DNA of 63,986 nt, filler included, from Licmophora abbreviata (Eukaryota), in the NCBI GenBank assembly GCA_900291995.1. It is 17 parts of 17 records of this genome, joined end to end, with 100 filler letters (N's around TTAATTAATTAA, not from the genome) between each part and the next. Parts side by side here need not be neighbours in the genome. Positions count along the whole stretch, not along the records: positions 1 to 4,460 come from OLMU01001075.1; positions 4,561 to 7,120 come from OLMU01001076.1; positions 7,221 to 10,012 come from OLMU01001078.1; positions 10,113 to 14,882 come from OLMU01001079.1; 13 more parts are not named here. One strand, 5' to 3'. The notes beneath the pieces are model-generated. The model was not told where the DNA came from. It did no database searches and was given only the letters and a program-made list of their open reading frames with translations. Shown piece by piece: positions 1 to 11,129 of this stretch. Numbering within the stretch: position 1 is the first letter of the stretch; each line of letters starts with the position of its first letter. A program made the position numbers and the translations under genes.

Positions 1-501
1 GCGGTGCGCGCGCTTGTGTCGGACGAGGATGCGCCGTTGCTGTCGGCGCTCAAGGCCAAGCGCCGGGCGCTGGCCGAGGCCGCCAAGGTGCCCGCCTATG
101 TGGTGTTCGCCGATCGCACCCTGATCGAAATGGCCGAGACCCGCCCCGCGACGCTAGATCAGATGGCGCGGATCAACGGCGTCGGTGCCAAGAAACTGGA
201 ACGCTACGGCGATGCCTTCCTGTCGATCATCAATGGCGAGGCAGAGGCTTTGCACCCCACGCGGCGCAAGCTGGCGGGGCGCGCGGCGGGGTCGCTGTAC
301 GATCAGCTTCTCGAAGTGCAGGCCGATCTGGCGCGCGGCGCGGGCGGCATCGACAAGCCGCTGAGTTGTTCGGCCTCGCTTCTGGCGCGGGTCGCCTCGA
401 GCCGGCCACGCGATCTGGGCGAGTTGACCCGCATCCTGGGCGAACGGCGGGCCGAAAGGTTTGGACCGGCATTTCTGGACGTTCTGCACACTGCGGACTA
501 A
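1..501 (+). CDS. recQ: DNA helicase RecQ, C-terminal fragment (HRDC region); 5' part is outside the window
   Basis: HRDC signature LKAKRRALAEAAKVPAYVVFADRTLIEMA...GVGAKKLERYG, followed by a second HRDC-like repeat. Confidence 0.85.
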   Translation, partial: AVRALVSDEDAPLLSALKAKRRALAEAAKVPAYVVFADRTLIEMAETRPATLDQMARINGVGAKKLERYGDAFLSIINGEAEALHPTRRKLAGRAAGSLYDQLLEVQADLARGAGGIDKPLSCSASLLARVASSRPRDLGELTRILGERRAERFGPAFLDVLHTAD

Positions 502-534
502 ATCTTGCCCAACTCATAGCAAGGGACTTTTCAC

Positions 535-1296
535 ATGCTGGTTGTCGTTTCTCCTGCCAAGAAGATGGACATGGACCCGGTGGAGGGGATCACCCCCACA
601 CGCCCGATGTTTCGCACCGAGGCGGATGAGCTGGCCGGTGTGGCGCAGGGCCTTTCGGTGGATGCGTTGCAAAAGCTGATGAAGATCAGCGAGAATCTGG
701 CCAAGCTGAACCGGGACAGGTTCAGCGAATTCGGCTCGATGGCGGAAAAGCCCGCGGCGTTGGCCTTTGCTGGCGACACCTATCAGGGGCTTGAGGCGAC
801 GTCGCTCGAGCCTGAGGAAATGGCTTGGGCGCAGGATCATTTCCGTATTCTGTCGGGGCTTTATGGCCTGCTTCGGCCTCTCGACGCGATCGAGCCTTAC
901 CGGTTGGAAATGGGCAGCCGTCTGAGCACCGCCAAGGGCAAGACGCTGTATGAGTATTGGGGCGACAAGATTTCCCGCGCCCTCAATGAACAGGCTGACC
1001 AGATCGGTGCCGAGGTTCTGGTCAATTGCGCCAGTCAGGAATATTTCGGCGCGGTCGATCCAGCGGCGCTCAAGCTGCGGGTGGTGACGCCGGTGTTCAT
1101 GGAGGACAAGCCGGGTGGCCCCAAGATCGTCAGCTTCTATGCCAAAAGGGCGCGCGGGGCGATGGGGCGGTATATCATCCAGCGCCGGTTGACCGACGCC
1201 GAGGCCCTGACCGAGTTCGACACTGGCGGCTATCGCTATCGGCCCGATATGTCCGAGCCTGACAAACCCGTATTCGTGCGCGCCGAGAGCGACTAA
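535..1296 (+). CDS. yaaA: Peroxide stress protein YaaA
   Basis: SPAK N-terminus, ILSGLYGLLRPLD, PYRLEMG, NCASQEY and AKRARGAM motifs. Confidence 0.93.
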   Translation: MLVVVSPAKKMDMDPVEGITPTRPMFRTEADELAGVAQGLSVDALQKLMKISENLAKLNRDRFSEFGSMAEKPAALAFAGDTYQGLEATSLEPEEMAWAQDHFRILSGLYGLLRPLDAIEPYRLEMGSRLSTAKGKTLYEYWGDKISRALNEQADQIGAEVLVNCASQEYFGAVDPAALKLRVVTPVFMEDKPGGPKIVSFYAKRARGAMGRYIIQRRLTDAEALTEFDTGGYRYRPDMSEPDKPVFVRAESD

Positions 1297-1383
1297 AGCG
1301 TTTCGCCTTTAACCTGAGGCATCAGCTAAAGGCGAAACGCGCGCAACGATTGAACAGAGCCCTGCATTTCGCGAAACGCTTCA
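1294..1383. repeat. RIME/MITE-like palindromic intergenic element; may also act as a bidirectional terminator
   Basis: Terminal inverted repeats TAAAGCGTTTCGC (1294-1306) / GCGAAACGCTTCA (1371-1383), 12/13 match; internal perfect 14-bp stem 1298-1311 / 1327-1340. Confidence 0.6.
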
Positions 1384-3567
1384 GGCGCTGGCCGCTTGCT
1401 GCTCTGGAGGAGCGCAGATCGCGGCGCACGGATCCAGGGCACGCTCTGGCCGAGCCTTGAGAATGTGTTCGATGATGGCATCCTTTCGCAGTGGTTTGGT
1501 CATGTAGTGGTCCAGTCCGGCCGACAGGATCTCGGTCTTGTCGCTGCCAAGGGCATGGGCCGTCATGGCAATGATCGGGACATGGCGCCCGGTGCTCTTT
1601 TCGAGGGCGCGGATATGGGTGGTTGCCTCTTTCCCGTCCATTCCGGGCATCGAGATGTCCATGAAAACGATATCGGGCCTGACTTCACCATAAAGATCGA
1701 CAGCCTGTCGGCCATCTTCGGCAAAATGAAGCGCGATGTTGAGATCCTTGAGCATGGAGGAAAAGACCAGCCGGTTGGTCCGGTTGTCTTCGGCGGCAAG
1801 GACGCGCATCGGGCGCGCAGGCTCCGGAGGGGCTGCCTTGTGCAAGGCCGCAAGAAGATCGCTACGGGTTGCGAGCTTTTGAAGAACCGCCGCCAGCAAG
1901 GGTCTGGCGGGATCAACATAGGTGCCCCCTGCCAAGGGGCTGAGCAGGACGATCGGCACATCCTGTCCAGCTTCGCGCAGGGCTTCGGCCAGCTCCATAC
2001 CGTCCATGCCGGGCATGTGATGCTCGCTCAGTATCAGATCGGTCGTGCCGGCCAGTTCAAGCGCCTGCGCACCGCTTGAACAACCGCGCACGTCGAGGCC
2101 CATGGATGCCAGTTGTTTTTCAAGGATCGTGCGGCTGACCTCCTGCGGATCCACGATCAGGACGCGGCACAGGCTGTCGGGCAGGCGGAGCATGTCGGGG
2201 TCCAGACGCTCGTGCACGGGCAGATTCAGCGAAATCCCGAAAGTGGAGCCGCGCCCTTCTTCGGAGTCGATCCATATATCGCCCTGCATCATCGCGATCA
2301 GCTTGCGCGAGATCGCAAGACCCAAGCCAGTGCCCTCGAACCGGCGGTTCTTGGCATCCTCGACCTGATTGAATTCGCCGAAGATATGCGCCTGTTTGTC
2401 GGGCGCTATGCCGATGCCGGTATCTTCGACCGTGATGCGCAGATGCGCGATGGCGTCTGCATGGTCAGGGGTTTCGGTCGCGGCTTCGGGCATACCGACA
2501 ACGCGGACAAGCACATGACCCTTTTCGGTGAATTTGACCGCATTGCCGATCAGGTTGGTCAGAACCTGCCGGATGCGCCCCGGATCGCCGTGAAACCGGG
2601 TCGGCAGGAACATGTCGTAATCCACCAGAAGCTCCAGCCCCTTGTCGCGCGCATTGGGTTGCAAGAGCATCACCAGTTCATGCACCGTGCGTTCGAGATC
2701 GAAAGGTTCCTCGTGCAGATGCAGTTTCTCGGCTTCGATCTTGGAGTAATCCAGAACGTCGTTGATGATGACCAAAAGCGCCTCGCCGGATTTGCGAATC
2801 GTGTTGGTGTAAAGAGTCTGTTCCTCGGTCAGGTCGGTATCCATGAGCAGTTCGGCCATGCCCACAACGCCATTCATCGGTGTGCGGATCTCATGGCTCA
2901 TGTTGGCAAGAAACGAGGATTTGGCATGATTTGCCGCCTCGGCACGGCGGCGGGCATCTTGCAGTTCCTTTTCGCGCAGGATCGTTTCGGTGATGTCCAG
3001 CGCAAGGCTGACCACGTCCCCGCCATGACCGCGTTCGTCGATCAGCTTGATATAGGCGCCATTCCAGAGGCGGATCACCTCGGGTTCGGGGGCGTTGCCC
3101 TGCCAGCGGTCGAGCATCCGCTCGCGCCATTGGGCGGGCGGAGTGTTTCCGATGTTGACGATGCCCTCTTCGGTCAGGAATTGCAGGATTTCGATATAGC
3201 TGATGCCGGGCTTGACGGCTTCGAGCCCGTCGAACACCGCCAGCCATGAATCATTGGCTGCGATCATCCGGCTGTCGGCGTCGAAAAAGGCAAAACCGTC
3301 GCGGATCGTCTGGATCGAGTGCCAAAGCCGGCGTTCGGCGATTTCGACCTTCTGTTTGGCGGCGGTCAGATCGGATTTGACGCGCAGGTTTTCATTGCGG
3401 ACGGTTTCAACCTCGGCCCGCGTCTCGACGATCTGGTCGTTCAGCCGTTCCGCATGCTTTCCCAGCTTGCGGTTGGCGGCCTGCAATTCCGCCTGTTTTT
3501 GTTCCAGCAACCGTTCGGCTGCCAGCCGTGCGCGCCGTTCTTCGGCAAGTTTGTTGGCAAGGCTCAT
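1381..3567 (-). CDS. Hybrid sensor histidine kinase (coiled coil, PAS, HisKA, HATPase, two receiver domains)
   Basis: [16 protein letters not shown]-box, [23 protein letters not shown]-terminal receiver FMDISMP. Confidence 0.92.
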   Translation of the reverse strand: MSLANKLAEERRARLAAERLLEQKQAELQAANRKLGKHAERLNDQIVETRAEVETVRNENLRVKSDLTAAKQKVEIAERRLWHSIQTIRDGFAFFDADSRMIAANDSWLAVFDGLEAVKPGISYIEILQFLTEEGIVNIGNTPPAQWRERMLDRWQGNAPEPEVIRLWNGAYIKLIDERGHGGDVVSLALDITETILREKELQDARRRAEAANHAKSSFLANMSHEIRTPMNGVVGMAELLMDTDLTEEQTLYTNTIRKSGEALLVIINDVLDYSKIEAEKLHLHEEPFDLERTVHELVMLLQPNARDKGLELLVDYDMFLPTRFHGDPGRIRQVLTNLIGNAVKFTEKGHVLVRVVGMPEAATETPDHADAIAHLRITVEDTGIGIAPDKQAHIFGEFNQVEDAKNRRFEGTGLGLAISRKLIAMMQGDIWIDSEEGRGSTFGISLNLPVHERLDPDMLRLPDSLCRVLIVDPQEVSRTILEKQLASMGLDVRGCSSGAQALELAGTTDLILSEHHMPGMDGMELAEALREAGQDVPIVLLSPLAGGTYVDPARPLLAAVLQKLATRSDLLAALHKAAPPEPARPMRVLAAEDNRTNRLVFSSMLKDLNIALHFAEDGRQAVDLYGEVRPDIVFMDISMPGMDGKEATTHIRALEKSTGRHVPIIAMTAHALGSDKTEILSAGLDHYMTKPLRKDAIIEHILKARPERALDPCAAICAPPEQQAASA

Positions 3568-3621
3568 GCCCTGTCCTCCGACAGCCCTGTCCCGGGAATG
3601 CCGTCAGACTCCGCGATTAAA

Positions 3622-3637
3622 GTGAACAACCCCTTAA
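3622..3637 (-). promoter_or_regulatory. Possible CtrA binding site upstream of the hybrid kinase
   Basis: Minus strand reads TTAA-GGGGTTG-TTCAC, one mismatch to TTAA-N7-TTAAC. Confidence 0.4.
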
Positions 3638-3646
3638 GGTAACGCG

Positions 3647-4706
3647 TCAGAGCCGTTCGAAAGCCAATGCAATGCCCTGTCCGCCACCGATGCACATGGT
3701 TACCAGCGCGCGCTTGCCCCCGGTTCTTTGCAACTCGTAAAGCGCTTTGATCGTGATGATCGCGCCGGTGGCGCCGACCGGATGACCAAGTGCGATCGCT
3801 CCGCCATTGGGATTGACCCGGGCAGGGTCCAGCCCAAGCGCGTTGTTGACGGCCAGCGCCTGTGCGGCAAAGGCCTCGTTGGATTCGATGACGTCGAAAT
3901 CATCCGCCGTAAGTCCGGTCTTTTGCAGCAGTTTTTGCACGGCGGGCACCGGGCCGATGCCCATCACATCGGGGCGCACACCGGCATGGGCATAGCCCAG
4001 AATACGCGCCTTGGGCGAGAGGCCAGCCGCCTCGGCGGCGTCGGCGCGGGCGAGGATCATGGCGGCGGCCCCGTCGTTGAGTCCGCTGGCGTTTCCTGCG
4101 GTCACGGTGCCGTCCTTCTGGAAGGCGGGGCGCAAGCCGGCAAGGGCTTCGGCGGTGGTGGGCTTGGGGTGCTCATCGGTGTCGAAAGACACGGTGTCGC
4201 GACGGATCTTGACCTCGACCGGGACGATCTGATCCTTGAAGTACCCGGCCTCCATGGCGGCGGCGGCGCGACGCTGGCTTTCGAGAGCGAAGGCGTCCTG
4301 TGCGGCGCGGTCGATGCCGTACTCGGCGGCGACATTTTCGGCGGTGATGCCCATATGCCCGGTCCCGAACGGGCAGTTGAGGGCACCCAGCATCATGTCG
4401 AGCGTGCGCACATCCCCCATCTTGGCGCCCCACCGCTGGTCAGGAATGATAAAGGGCGAGNNNNNNNNNNNNNNNNNNNNNNNNNNNNNNNNNNNNNNNN
4501 NNNNTTAATTAATTAANNNNNNNNNNNNNNNNNNNNNNNNNNNNNNNNNNNNNNNNNNNNCCGATATGTTCGGGTGCGACACCGGATCGCTGCATCGCTG
4601 CGGTGGCGACGGCGGCGCCAAGCTGGGCGGGAGGTGTGGCCGCGAGCGCGCCGCCGAAGGTGCCGATGGCGGTGCGTGCGCCGTCGAGAATAACGATATC
4701 GGTCAT
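3647..4706 (-). CDS. Acetyl-CoA C-acyltransferase (thiolase, BktB-like), interrupted by linker 4461-4560
   Basis: N-terminus GARTAIGTFGG; NEAFA, GGAIALGHPVGATG and TMCIGGGQG thiolase motifs. Confidence 0.92.
4461..4560. other. Artificial contig linker, first of 16 (others start at 7121, 10013, 14883, 20198, 28546, 36344, 37671, 39240, 40645, 42494, 44051, 55521, 58722, 61499, 62782)
   Basis: Identical 100-bp N44-TTAATTAATTAA-N44 spacer with stops in all six frames. Confidence 0.98.
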
Positions 4707-4812
4707 GGCGTGGTCCCTTTATGACATGCGTTGCCGCAAGGTAGCGGGGCAGGGGGGCGGAGTGCAATGCGGACGTGCCGTCACATGATGCGGAGGGGAT
4801 GGGCCGCGAATC

Positions 4813-4920
4813 GGGTTAATGCACGGAAAAGGCGGGAAAATACCCGTTCGGCATCACGTCGGTATAACGTCGGTATCGCGTCGGTGCGGGATCGGTAAAA
4901 AGCCGGGGTTTACGCGGCGA
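4813..4920 (+). repeat. Dispersed intergenic repeat family A, copy 1 (11-bp TCGG units)
   Basis: TTCGGCATCAC GTCGGTATAAC GTCGGTATCGC GTCGGTGCGGG ATCGGTAAAAA at 4847-4901; matches copies at 43628-43724 and 57294-57390. Confidence 0.85.
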
Positions 4921-4944
4921 GCGGTGCAGGGGGTTGCGCAAGTC

Positions 4945-4980
4945 AAAACGGCCCGGCCACATGAGGGTGACCGGGCCGTT
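4945..4980 (-). terminator. Rho-independent terminator after serA
   Basis: Minus strand AACGGCCCGGTCAC-loop-GTGGCCGGGCCGTTTT, just after the serA stop. Confidence 0.7.
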
Positions 4981-5000
4981 CAGGTGCAGGGTATTACAGG

Positions 5001-6595
5001 TTACGCCACGTCGAATTGCAGCGCGCGAACCTGTTGGAACTTGCCGGTGGCTTCCAGCTTCTTGATGACTGCAGTTTCGATCGGGGCATCGACATAAAGC
5101 AGCGCGATCGCCTCGCCGCCTGCGTTCGAGCGTCCGAGGGTGAAGTTGGCGATGTTCACGCCGTTTTCGCCCATGGTCTGACCGAGTGTGCCGATGATGC
5201 CCGGCTCGTCATCGTTTGTGGTATAGAGCATGTGGCGCCCGATCTCGGCGTCGATATTGATGCCCTTGATCTGGATGAAACGCGGCTTGCCATCGCTGAA
5301 CACCGTGCCGCCGATGGAGCGTTCGCGCTTGTCGGTCACGACCGTCAGCTTGATATAGCCTTCGAACGCACCGGACTTGTCCTGTTTGGTGGTGCTGATC
5401 TTGACGCCGCGTTCCTTGGCCACGACGGGGGCGGAGACCATGTTCACCTCGGGATTGACCGATTTCATGATCCCGGCGATGGCCGAGCAGGTCAGTGCCT
5501 CGAGGTTCATGTTGGACACGACCCCGTCATAGAGGATGTTGATCGCCTTGATCGGCTCGTCGGTCATCTGGCCGATGAAATTGCCCAGATGATCCGACAG
5601 CTTGATCCATGGCCCCATGACCTTGGCCTCTTCGGCGGTGACCGACGGCATGTTGAGCGCGTTGCTGACAGCACCGGTCAGAAGATAATCGGACATCTGC
5701 TCGGCCACCTGCAGCGCCACGTTTTCCTGTGCCTCGGTGGTGGCGGCCCCCAGATGCGGCGTGCAAACCACGTTGGGCAGACCAAAGAGCGGGTTTTCCG
5801 TGGCTGGTTCCACCGCGAACACGTCAAAGCCCGCACCGGCGATATGGCCGGATGTCAGCAGATCGGCCAGCGCCTGTTCATCCACCAGCCCGCCGCGTGC
5901 GCAGTTGATGATCCGCACGCCCTTCTTGGTCTTTTCAAGGTTTTCGCGGCTCAGGATATTGCGGGTCTGATCGGTCAGCGGCACATGCAGGGTGATGAAA
6001 TCGGCACGCTTGAGCAGCTCGTCCAGCTCGACCTTTTCGATACCCATCTTGTCGGCCTTTTCCTGACCGAGGAAGGGTCATAGGCCACCACCTTCATCTT
6101 GAGACCACGGGCGCGATCGCAGACGATGCCGCCGATATTGCCCGCACCGATCACGCCGAGCGTCTTGCCGGTCAACTCGACACCCATGAACTTGGATTTT
6201 TCCCATTTGCCCGCTTGGGTGGAGGCGCTCGCCTCGGGGATCTGGCGGGCCACGGCGAACATCATGGCGATGGCATGTTCGGCGGTGGTTATCATGTTGC
6301 CGAAGGGCGTGTTCATGACGATCACGCCTTTTTTCGAGGCGGCGTCCTTGTCGATATTGTCGGTGCCGATCCCGGCGCGGCCGATCACCTTGAGATTGTC
6401 GGCGGCTTCGAGGATCTTGTCGGTCACCTTGGTGGCCGAGCGAATGGCGAGACCGTCATATTGCCCGATCACCTCGCGGAGCTTGTCCTTGTCCTTGCCC
6501 AGATCGGGCATGAAATCCACGTCGATGCCGCGATCACGGAAGATCTGCACGGCGGTTTCAGAGAGTTTGTCGGAGACGAGTACCTTGGGAGCCAT
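5001..6595 (-). CDS. serA: D-3-phosphoglycerate dehydrogenase; apparent 1-bp frameshift near 6075, probably a sequencing error
   Basis: ORF 5975-6595 (RAGIGTDNID, GAGNIG) continues into ORF 5001-6047 (INCARGG, PHLGAAT, ACT domain); adding one C to GACCCTTC restores YDPFLGQEKADKMG. Confidence 0.93.
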
Positions 6596-6670
6596 GTTCG
6601 TGGTCCTTGTGAGAAATGGGGGAGGGGCGGGGCCACGGCGGGCCCCGGTCTTCTTGCAGGATTGAGGGGA

Positions 6671-7120
6671 TCAGGCCGCTTGTGACAGCGCCTCGATCTC
6701 GGCCTCGAAGGCCCATTTGATCCACGGCATAAGCGCCGCCACATCAGTGGCCTCGACCGTGCCACCGCACCAGATGCGCAGGCCCGGTGGGGCGTCGCGA
6801 TAGGCCCCGATGTCATAGGCCACGCCTTCGGCGTCGAGACGTTTGACCACCGCCTTGGCAAAGGCCGCGCCGTCGGTGATCCGGTCGTCGGTGAACTTGA
6901 GGCAGACGCTGGTGTTCGAGCGGTATTCAGGGTCGTTCACGAGGAACGCGATCCAGTCGTTTTCCGCAACGAAGGTCTGTACCGTGGCAAGGTTCAGGTT
7001 GGCCCGGTCGCGCAGGCCGTCCAGCCCGCCTTCGGAGCGCGCCCAGTCCAGTGCCAGAAGGTAATCCTCGACCGCCAGCATGGAGGGGGTGTTGATCGTC
7101 TCGCCGACGAAAATACCCTC
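6671..7120 (-). CDS. serC: Phosphoserine aminotransferase, 3' fragment (5' part lost in gap)
   Basis: ETINTPSMLAVED, RSNTSVCL, DIGAYRDAPPGLRIWCG; lies directly upstream of serA. Confidence 0.9.
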   Translation of the reverse strand, partial: EGIFVGETINTPSMLAVEDYLLALDWARSEGGLDGLRDRANLNLATVQTFVAENDWIAFLVNDPEYRSNTSVCLKFTDDRITDGAAFAKAVVKRLDAEGVAYDIGAYRDAPPGLRIWCGGTVEATDVAALMPWIKWAFEAEIEALSQAA

Positions 7121-7775
7121 NNNNNNNNNNNNNNNNNNNNNNNNNNNNNNNNNNNNNNNNNNNNTTAATTAATTAANNNNNNNNNNNNNNNNNNNNNNNN
7201 NNNNNNNNNNNNNNNNNNNNTGACAAAATGCGACGCAAGTATCCATCATCGGAAACTTCAGGCGGTCGGGAAGGTCGCGTTTGCCTTGTGCAAAAGGGGA
7301 TGCGCGACGGGTGAATGTGACGAGAACGGTGGGCGGTGCGGCGTTCTGCGTGAAAATCACGAAGGTTAATTGGTGGTGCAAAAGGGGTGATTGCACGTCT
7401 GGTCATTGCGTCGGAGCCAAGGAAGACTTAAATGGCGCGACAAGCGCATGCGACAGGATCCGTCTTTCGAGTTTGCGTTGCGCCCCTGTTTGACGCCGGG
7501 GCAAGCGACTGACACGTGAACCCGGAAAGAATGATGGACATATTCTGCGGCCGCCTAGCGCGCCTTGTGGCTTTCCCGAACGAAGGCAGAGGCGATGCCA
7601 AGACCCACAACCGGGCCGGTTGCAACATGATCCTGAATGTGTGGGCCGCCATATGAGCGAAATTGGCCGTTCCTGCAGGCGGACCGCCCTATACATTTGC
7701 CGACATCGCTTCGGACATGGGCTCCGTGCGGACGGCGCCCTTCACTTGATCTTTGGCCAAACAGGAGCTTGAACG

Positions 7776-8009
7776 ATGACGAAACCGTCACAGCCACGGC
7801 CGTTTAGCGGGGTCAAACCCCGGGCAGAAACCGCGATGGAAAAAACCACGCGCGCCGCGAACGAGATCATCGAAGAACAGAACGCCACCAAGGACCGCAA
7901 GACCGCGCAATTGCGCGAGGCGCGGCTTGAACGTGATGCGCAGGCCAAGCTTGACTCTGAACCGACGAAACCCAAGCCGCCTGCCAAGAAATCCACCGGG
8001 AAAGCCTGA
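7776..8009 (+). CDS. Small basic, coiled-coil hypothetical protein (77 aa)
   Basis: Strong RBS AGGAG; KTAQLREARLERDA resembles small alphaproteobacterial hypothetical proteins. Confidence 0.75.
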   Translation: MTKPSQPRPFSGVKPRAETAMEKTTRAANEIIEEQNATKDRKTAQLREARLERDAQAKLDSEPTKPKPPAKKSTGKA

Positions 8010-8079
8010 GCCGTGTGCCACGCGATGGGTCGTCGACCTTCTCCCTTCTTTCTGACAATCCCTGAGAAAAGGCATTCGA

Positions 8080-9075
8080 TTGCAACCTTCTGAATGGACC
8101 CGGATCCTCGCCAAGTATCGCGAACCGATCCTCTCTCGTAGTGTGTTTGAACTCAGCGTCACGATCCTGCCGTTTCTTGCCTTGTGGGCTTTGGCATGGT
8201 GGTCCCTGCAGATCAGCCCGTGGCTTGCATTGGCGTTTGCGGTTTTGAATGCCGGTTTCCTGATGCGGCTGTTCATGATCCAGCACGATTGCGGGCATGG
8301 CTCAATCTTCAAGAACCGCCAGGTGGGCGATTGGGTGGGCCGCGTGATCGGCGTTCTGACGCTGACGCCTTACGAAACATGGCGCCGGACCCACGCCATC
8401 CATCATTCCTCGACGGGCAATCTGGACCGTCGCGGAATCGGTGACGTGCCGACCCTGACGGTGCAGGAATACCGAGCCAAGGGCTTTCTGGGGCGGTTGG
8501 GCTATCGTATTGTACGAAATCCCGTCTTTTTGTTCGGCATCGTACCGTTCTTCATGTTCTTCCTGCACAACCGGCTTCCGGTCGGCCTTATGCGGTCGGG
8601 CCGAAAATACTGGATCAGTGCGATGGGCACGAACCTGTCGATTGCGGTGTTGCTGACGGGACTGTTCTGGTTGGGCGGTTGGCAGGTGATCTTGTTCATC
8701 TACCTGCCGACAACGCTGCTGGCGGCAATGGCCGGGATGTGGCTGTTCTTCGTGCAGCACCAGTTCGAGGACACGATCTGGGATCAAGAGGCGGATTGGA
8801 ACGTGCAGGAAGCCGCGCTGCATGGCAGTTCGTTCTATGATCTTCCCGGTGTCCTGCGCTGGATGACTGCAAATATCGGGATGCACCATGTGCATCACCT
8901 TGCCAGCCGCATTCCGTTCTACAGGCTGAGCGAAGTGCTGCGCGACCATGACATTCTGGCGCATACCCAACGTCTGACGTTGCGCGACAGCCTTGGTTGC
9001 GCGCGCTTGCACCTGTGGGACGAGAAAAGCCGCAAGCTGCTGTCGTTCTCGGATGCGCGGCTGTTGCCTGCGTGA
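8080..9075 (+). CDS. Membrane fatty acid desaturase
   Basis: Three His boxes HDCGH, HAIHH, HHVHH plus transmembrane segments; TTG start. Confidence 0.92.
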   Translation: MQPSEWTRILAKYREPILSRSVFELSVTILPFLALWALAWWSLQISPWLALAFAVLNAGFLMRLFMIQHDCGHGSIFKNRQVGDWVGRVIGVLTLTPYETWRRTHAIHHSSTGNLDRRGIGDVPTLTVQEYRAKGFLGRLGYRIVRNPVFLFGIVPFFMFFLHNRLPVGLMRSGRKYWISAMGTNLSIAVLLTGLFWLGGWQVILFIYLPTTLLAAMAGMWLFFVQHQFEDTIWDQEADWNVQEAALHGSSFYDLPGVLRWMTANIGMHHVHHLASRIPFYRLSEVLRDHDILAHTQRLTLRDSLGCARLHLWDEKSRKLLSFSDARLLPA

Positions 9076-9133
9076 CGCTTGACATCATCGGGTCAGCGCC
9101 CGATTGGTCCGGTGTGATGGAGCATTTGGTGTG

Positions 9134-10012
9134 ATGTCTGACACCGGGATCTGCATCGTCGGCGCAGGGCTTTCGGGCCTTGCTTTGGCGGCCAGTTTGC
9201 AGGCCGAGGGGCGCGATGTGACCGTGCTCGAGGCGCGCGACCGCGCCGGTGGCCGGGTGCTGTCGTGGCGCGGCTATGATCTTGGCCCGGCTTGGGTCTG
9301 GCCGCATAACCGCCGAATGCTGGCGCTTGCCGAGCGATTGGGCCTGCGCTGTTTTCCGCAATACGCGCAGGGGCGTCTGGTGTTCGAGGCAGGCGACGGG
9401 ACCATTCGGCGCGATCTGGATTTCGCCACGATGGGCGGCGCGCTGCGTATCGAAGGCGGGCTGGCGCGGGTGACCGATGCTCTGGCGGAGCAACTGGGCG
9501 ACCGGCTGGTGCTGGGGCAGGCGGTGCGCCGCGTGACAGAGGATGCGGCGGGCGTGACCTTGGCCTGCGACAGCGCAGAGATCCGCGCTGAGCGCGTCGT
9601 GCTGGCCCTGCCCCCCCGTCTTGTGGGCGGGCTTGGCGTTGCGGTGCCCGATGCGCCGACATGGATGGCGGGCCATGCCAAGCTGGTTGCCATATATCCC
9701 ACCGCCTTCTGGCGCGATGCCGGGCTGAACGGCGATGCGATGTCCCATCGCGGGCCGCTGGCCGAAATTCACGACGCCTCTCTGACCGAGGGCGGCGAGG
9801 GCGCGCTGTTCGGTTTTGCCCTTCCCGGCGCTGCGGGCCACCCCGGCTTTCAGGAGGCCGCATTGGCGCAGCTTGTACGCCTTTTCGGGCCGGATGCCGC
9901 CACGCCGCGTGACGTGATCGTCAAGGACTGGAGCACGGATCCCGCCACCGCCACGCAGGCCGACCTGACCCCGCCCGCCGGTCACCCGACCTACCGGGTG
10001 ATTGCGCCGACC
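9134..10012 (+). CDS. Flavin monoamine oxidase family FAD-dependent oxidoreductase (3' end in gap)
   Basis: IVGAGLSGL, EARDRAGGR, DLGPAWVW, PTWMAGHAK. Confidence 0.85.
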
Positions 10013-10178
10013 NNNNNNNNNNNNNNNNNNNNNNNNNNNNNNNNNNNNNNNNNNNNTTAATTAATTAANNNNNNNNNNNNNNNNNNNNNNNNNNNNNNNN
10101 NNNNNNNNNNNNCCTCGACCCTAGAACCTGCGCCAAAGCTGCGCTATGGCACAGGCGCACAGCAACGCCGAGGTTTCC

Positions 10179-11053
10179 ATGTTCATCGTCACCCTGATTG
10201 CGCCGGCAGGCGCGCTTGATCCTGCCCTTGTCGATGCGTTGCGCAATGCGTGGGGCGGCGGCGACGCACAATGGCTCTCGCCAGACGAGGCGGCGGAATT
10301 CGCCGTGGCCGAAACCCCCGGCAACCGTTGGGACGTCTGGGCCGATCTTCAAGCGCAACGCGTCGATCTGGTGGTCCAGCCCGCCGAAACCCGCCGCAAG
10401 GCGATGCTTCTGGCGGATATGGACAGCACCATGATCCAGCAGGAATGCATCGACGAGCTGGCCGACATGGCCGGTGTCGGTGCCCATGTAAAAGAGATCA
10501 CCGCCCGCGCTATGAACGGCGAGCTGGATTTCGAAGGCGCGCTTCTGGAGCGTGTAGCACTGCTCGATGGGTTGCAGGCCGATGTGATCGACAGGGTTCT
10601 GGCAGAGCGGATCACCTATATGGCCGGGGGGGGGTGGCCCTTGTGGCGACCATGCGGGCGCACGGCGCGCATTGCGCCTTGGTGTCGGGCGGGTTCACCG
10701 CCTTCACCGCCAAGGTGGCCGCCGATCTAGGCTTTCACGAGAACCGTGCCAATACTTTGCTGATCGCGGATGGCCTGCTCACCGGAGATGTGGCCCGGCC
10801 CATCCTTGGCCGCGAAGCCAAGGTGCAGGCGCTCAAGGACATCACCGCGCGGCTTGGCCTGACGGCTGCCGATGTGATCGCGGTTGGCGATGGGGCGAAC
10901 GATCTGGGGATGCTGGGCCTTGCGGGCACGGGTGTCGCGCTGCATGCCAAGCCGTCGGTGGCGGCTGAGTGCGATATCCGGATCAATCACGGCGACCTGA
11001 GCGCGCTGCTTTATCTGCAGGGCTATGCCCGCAGCGAATTTGCCGAAACATGA
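10179..11053 (+). CDS. serB: Phosphoserine phosphatase; frameshift at G9 run 10626-10634
   Basis: HAD motif DMDST and ECIDELA in one frame; LVSGGF and GDGANDL in the next. Confidence 0.92.
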
Positions 11054-11129
11054 TGGTGTCTTGCGGCTTGCAGGTGGTCACGGGCTGCCCCATATCCTGC
11101 GCAAACGCGGACAGGTGGGTATCTCAGCC

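Noticed and set aside
4847..4901. 11-bp tandem units as a CRISPR array
   Set aside because: Units are directly adjacent with no spacers, far too short, and no cas genes are present.
7221..7775. serC leader RNA or another known ncRNA
   Set aside because: No recognisable consensus; the region immediately upstream of serC is probably lost in the adjacent gap.
10626..10634. G9 tract in serB as a phase-variation switch
   Set aside because: serB is a housekeeping gene and the window has several other single-base indels; homopolymer sequencing error is more parsimonious. Resequencing would settle it.
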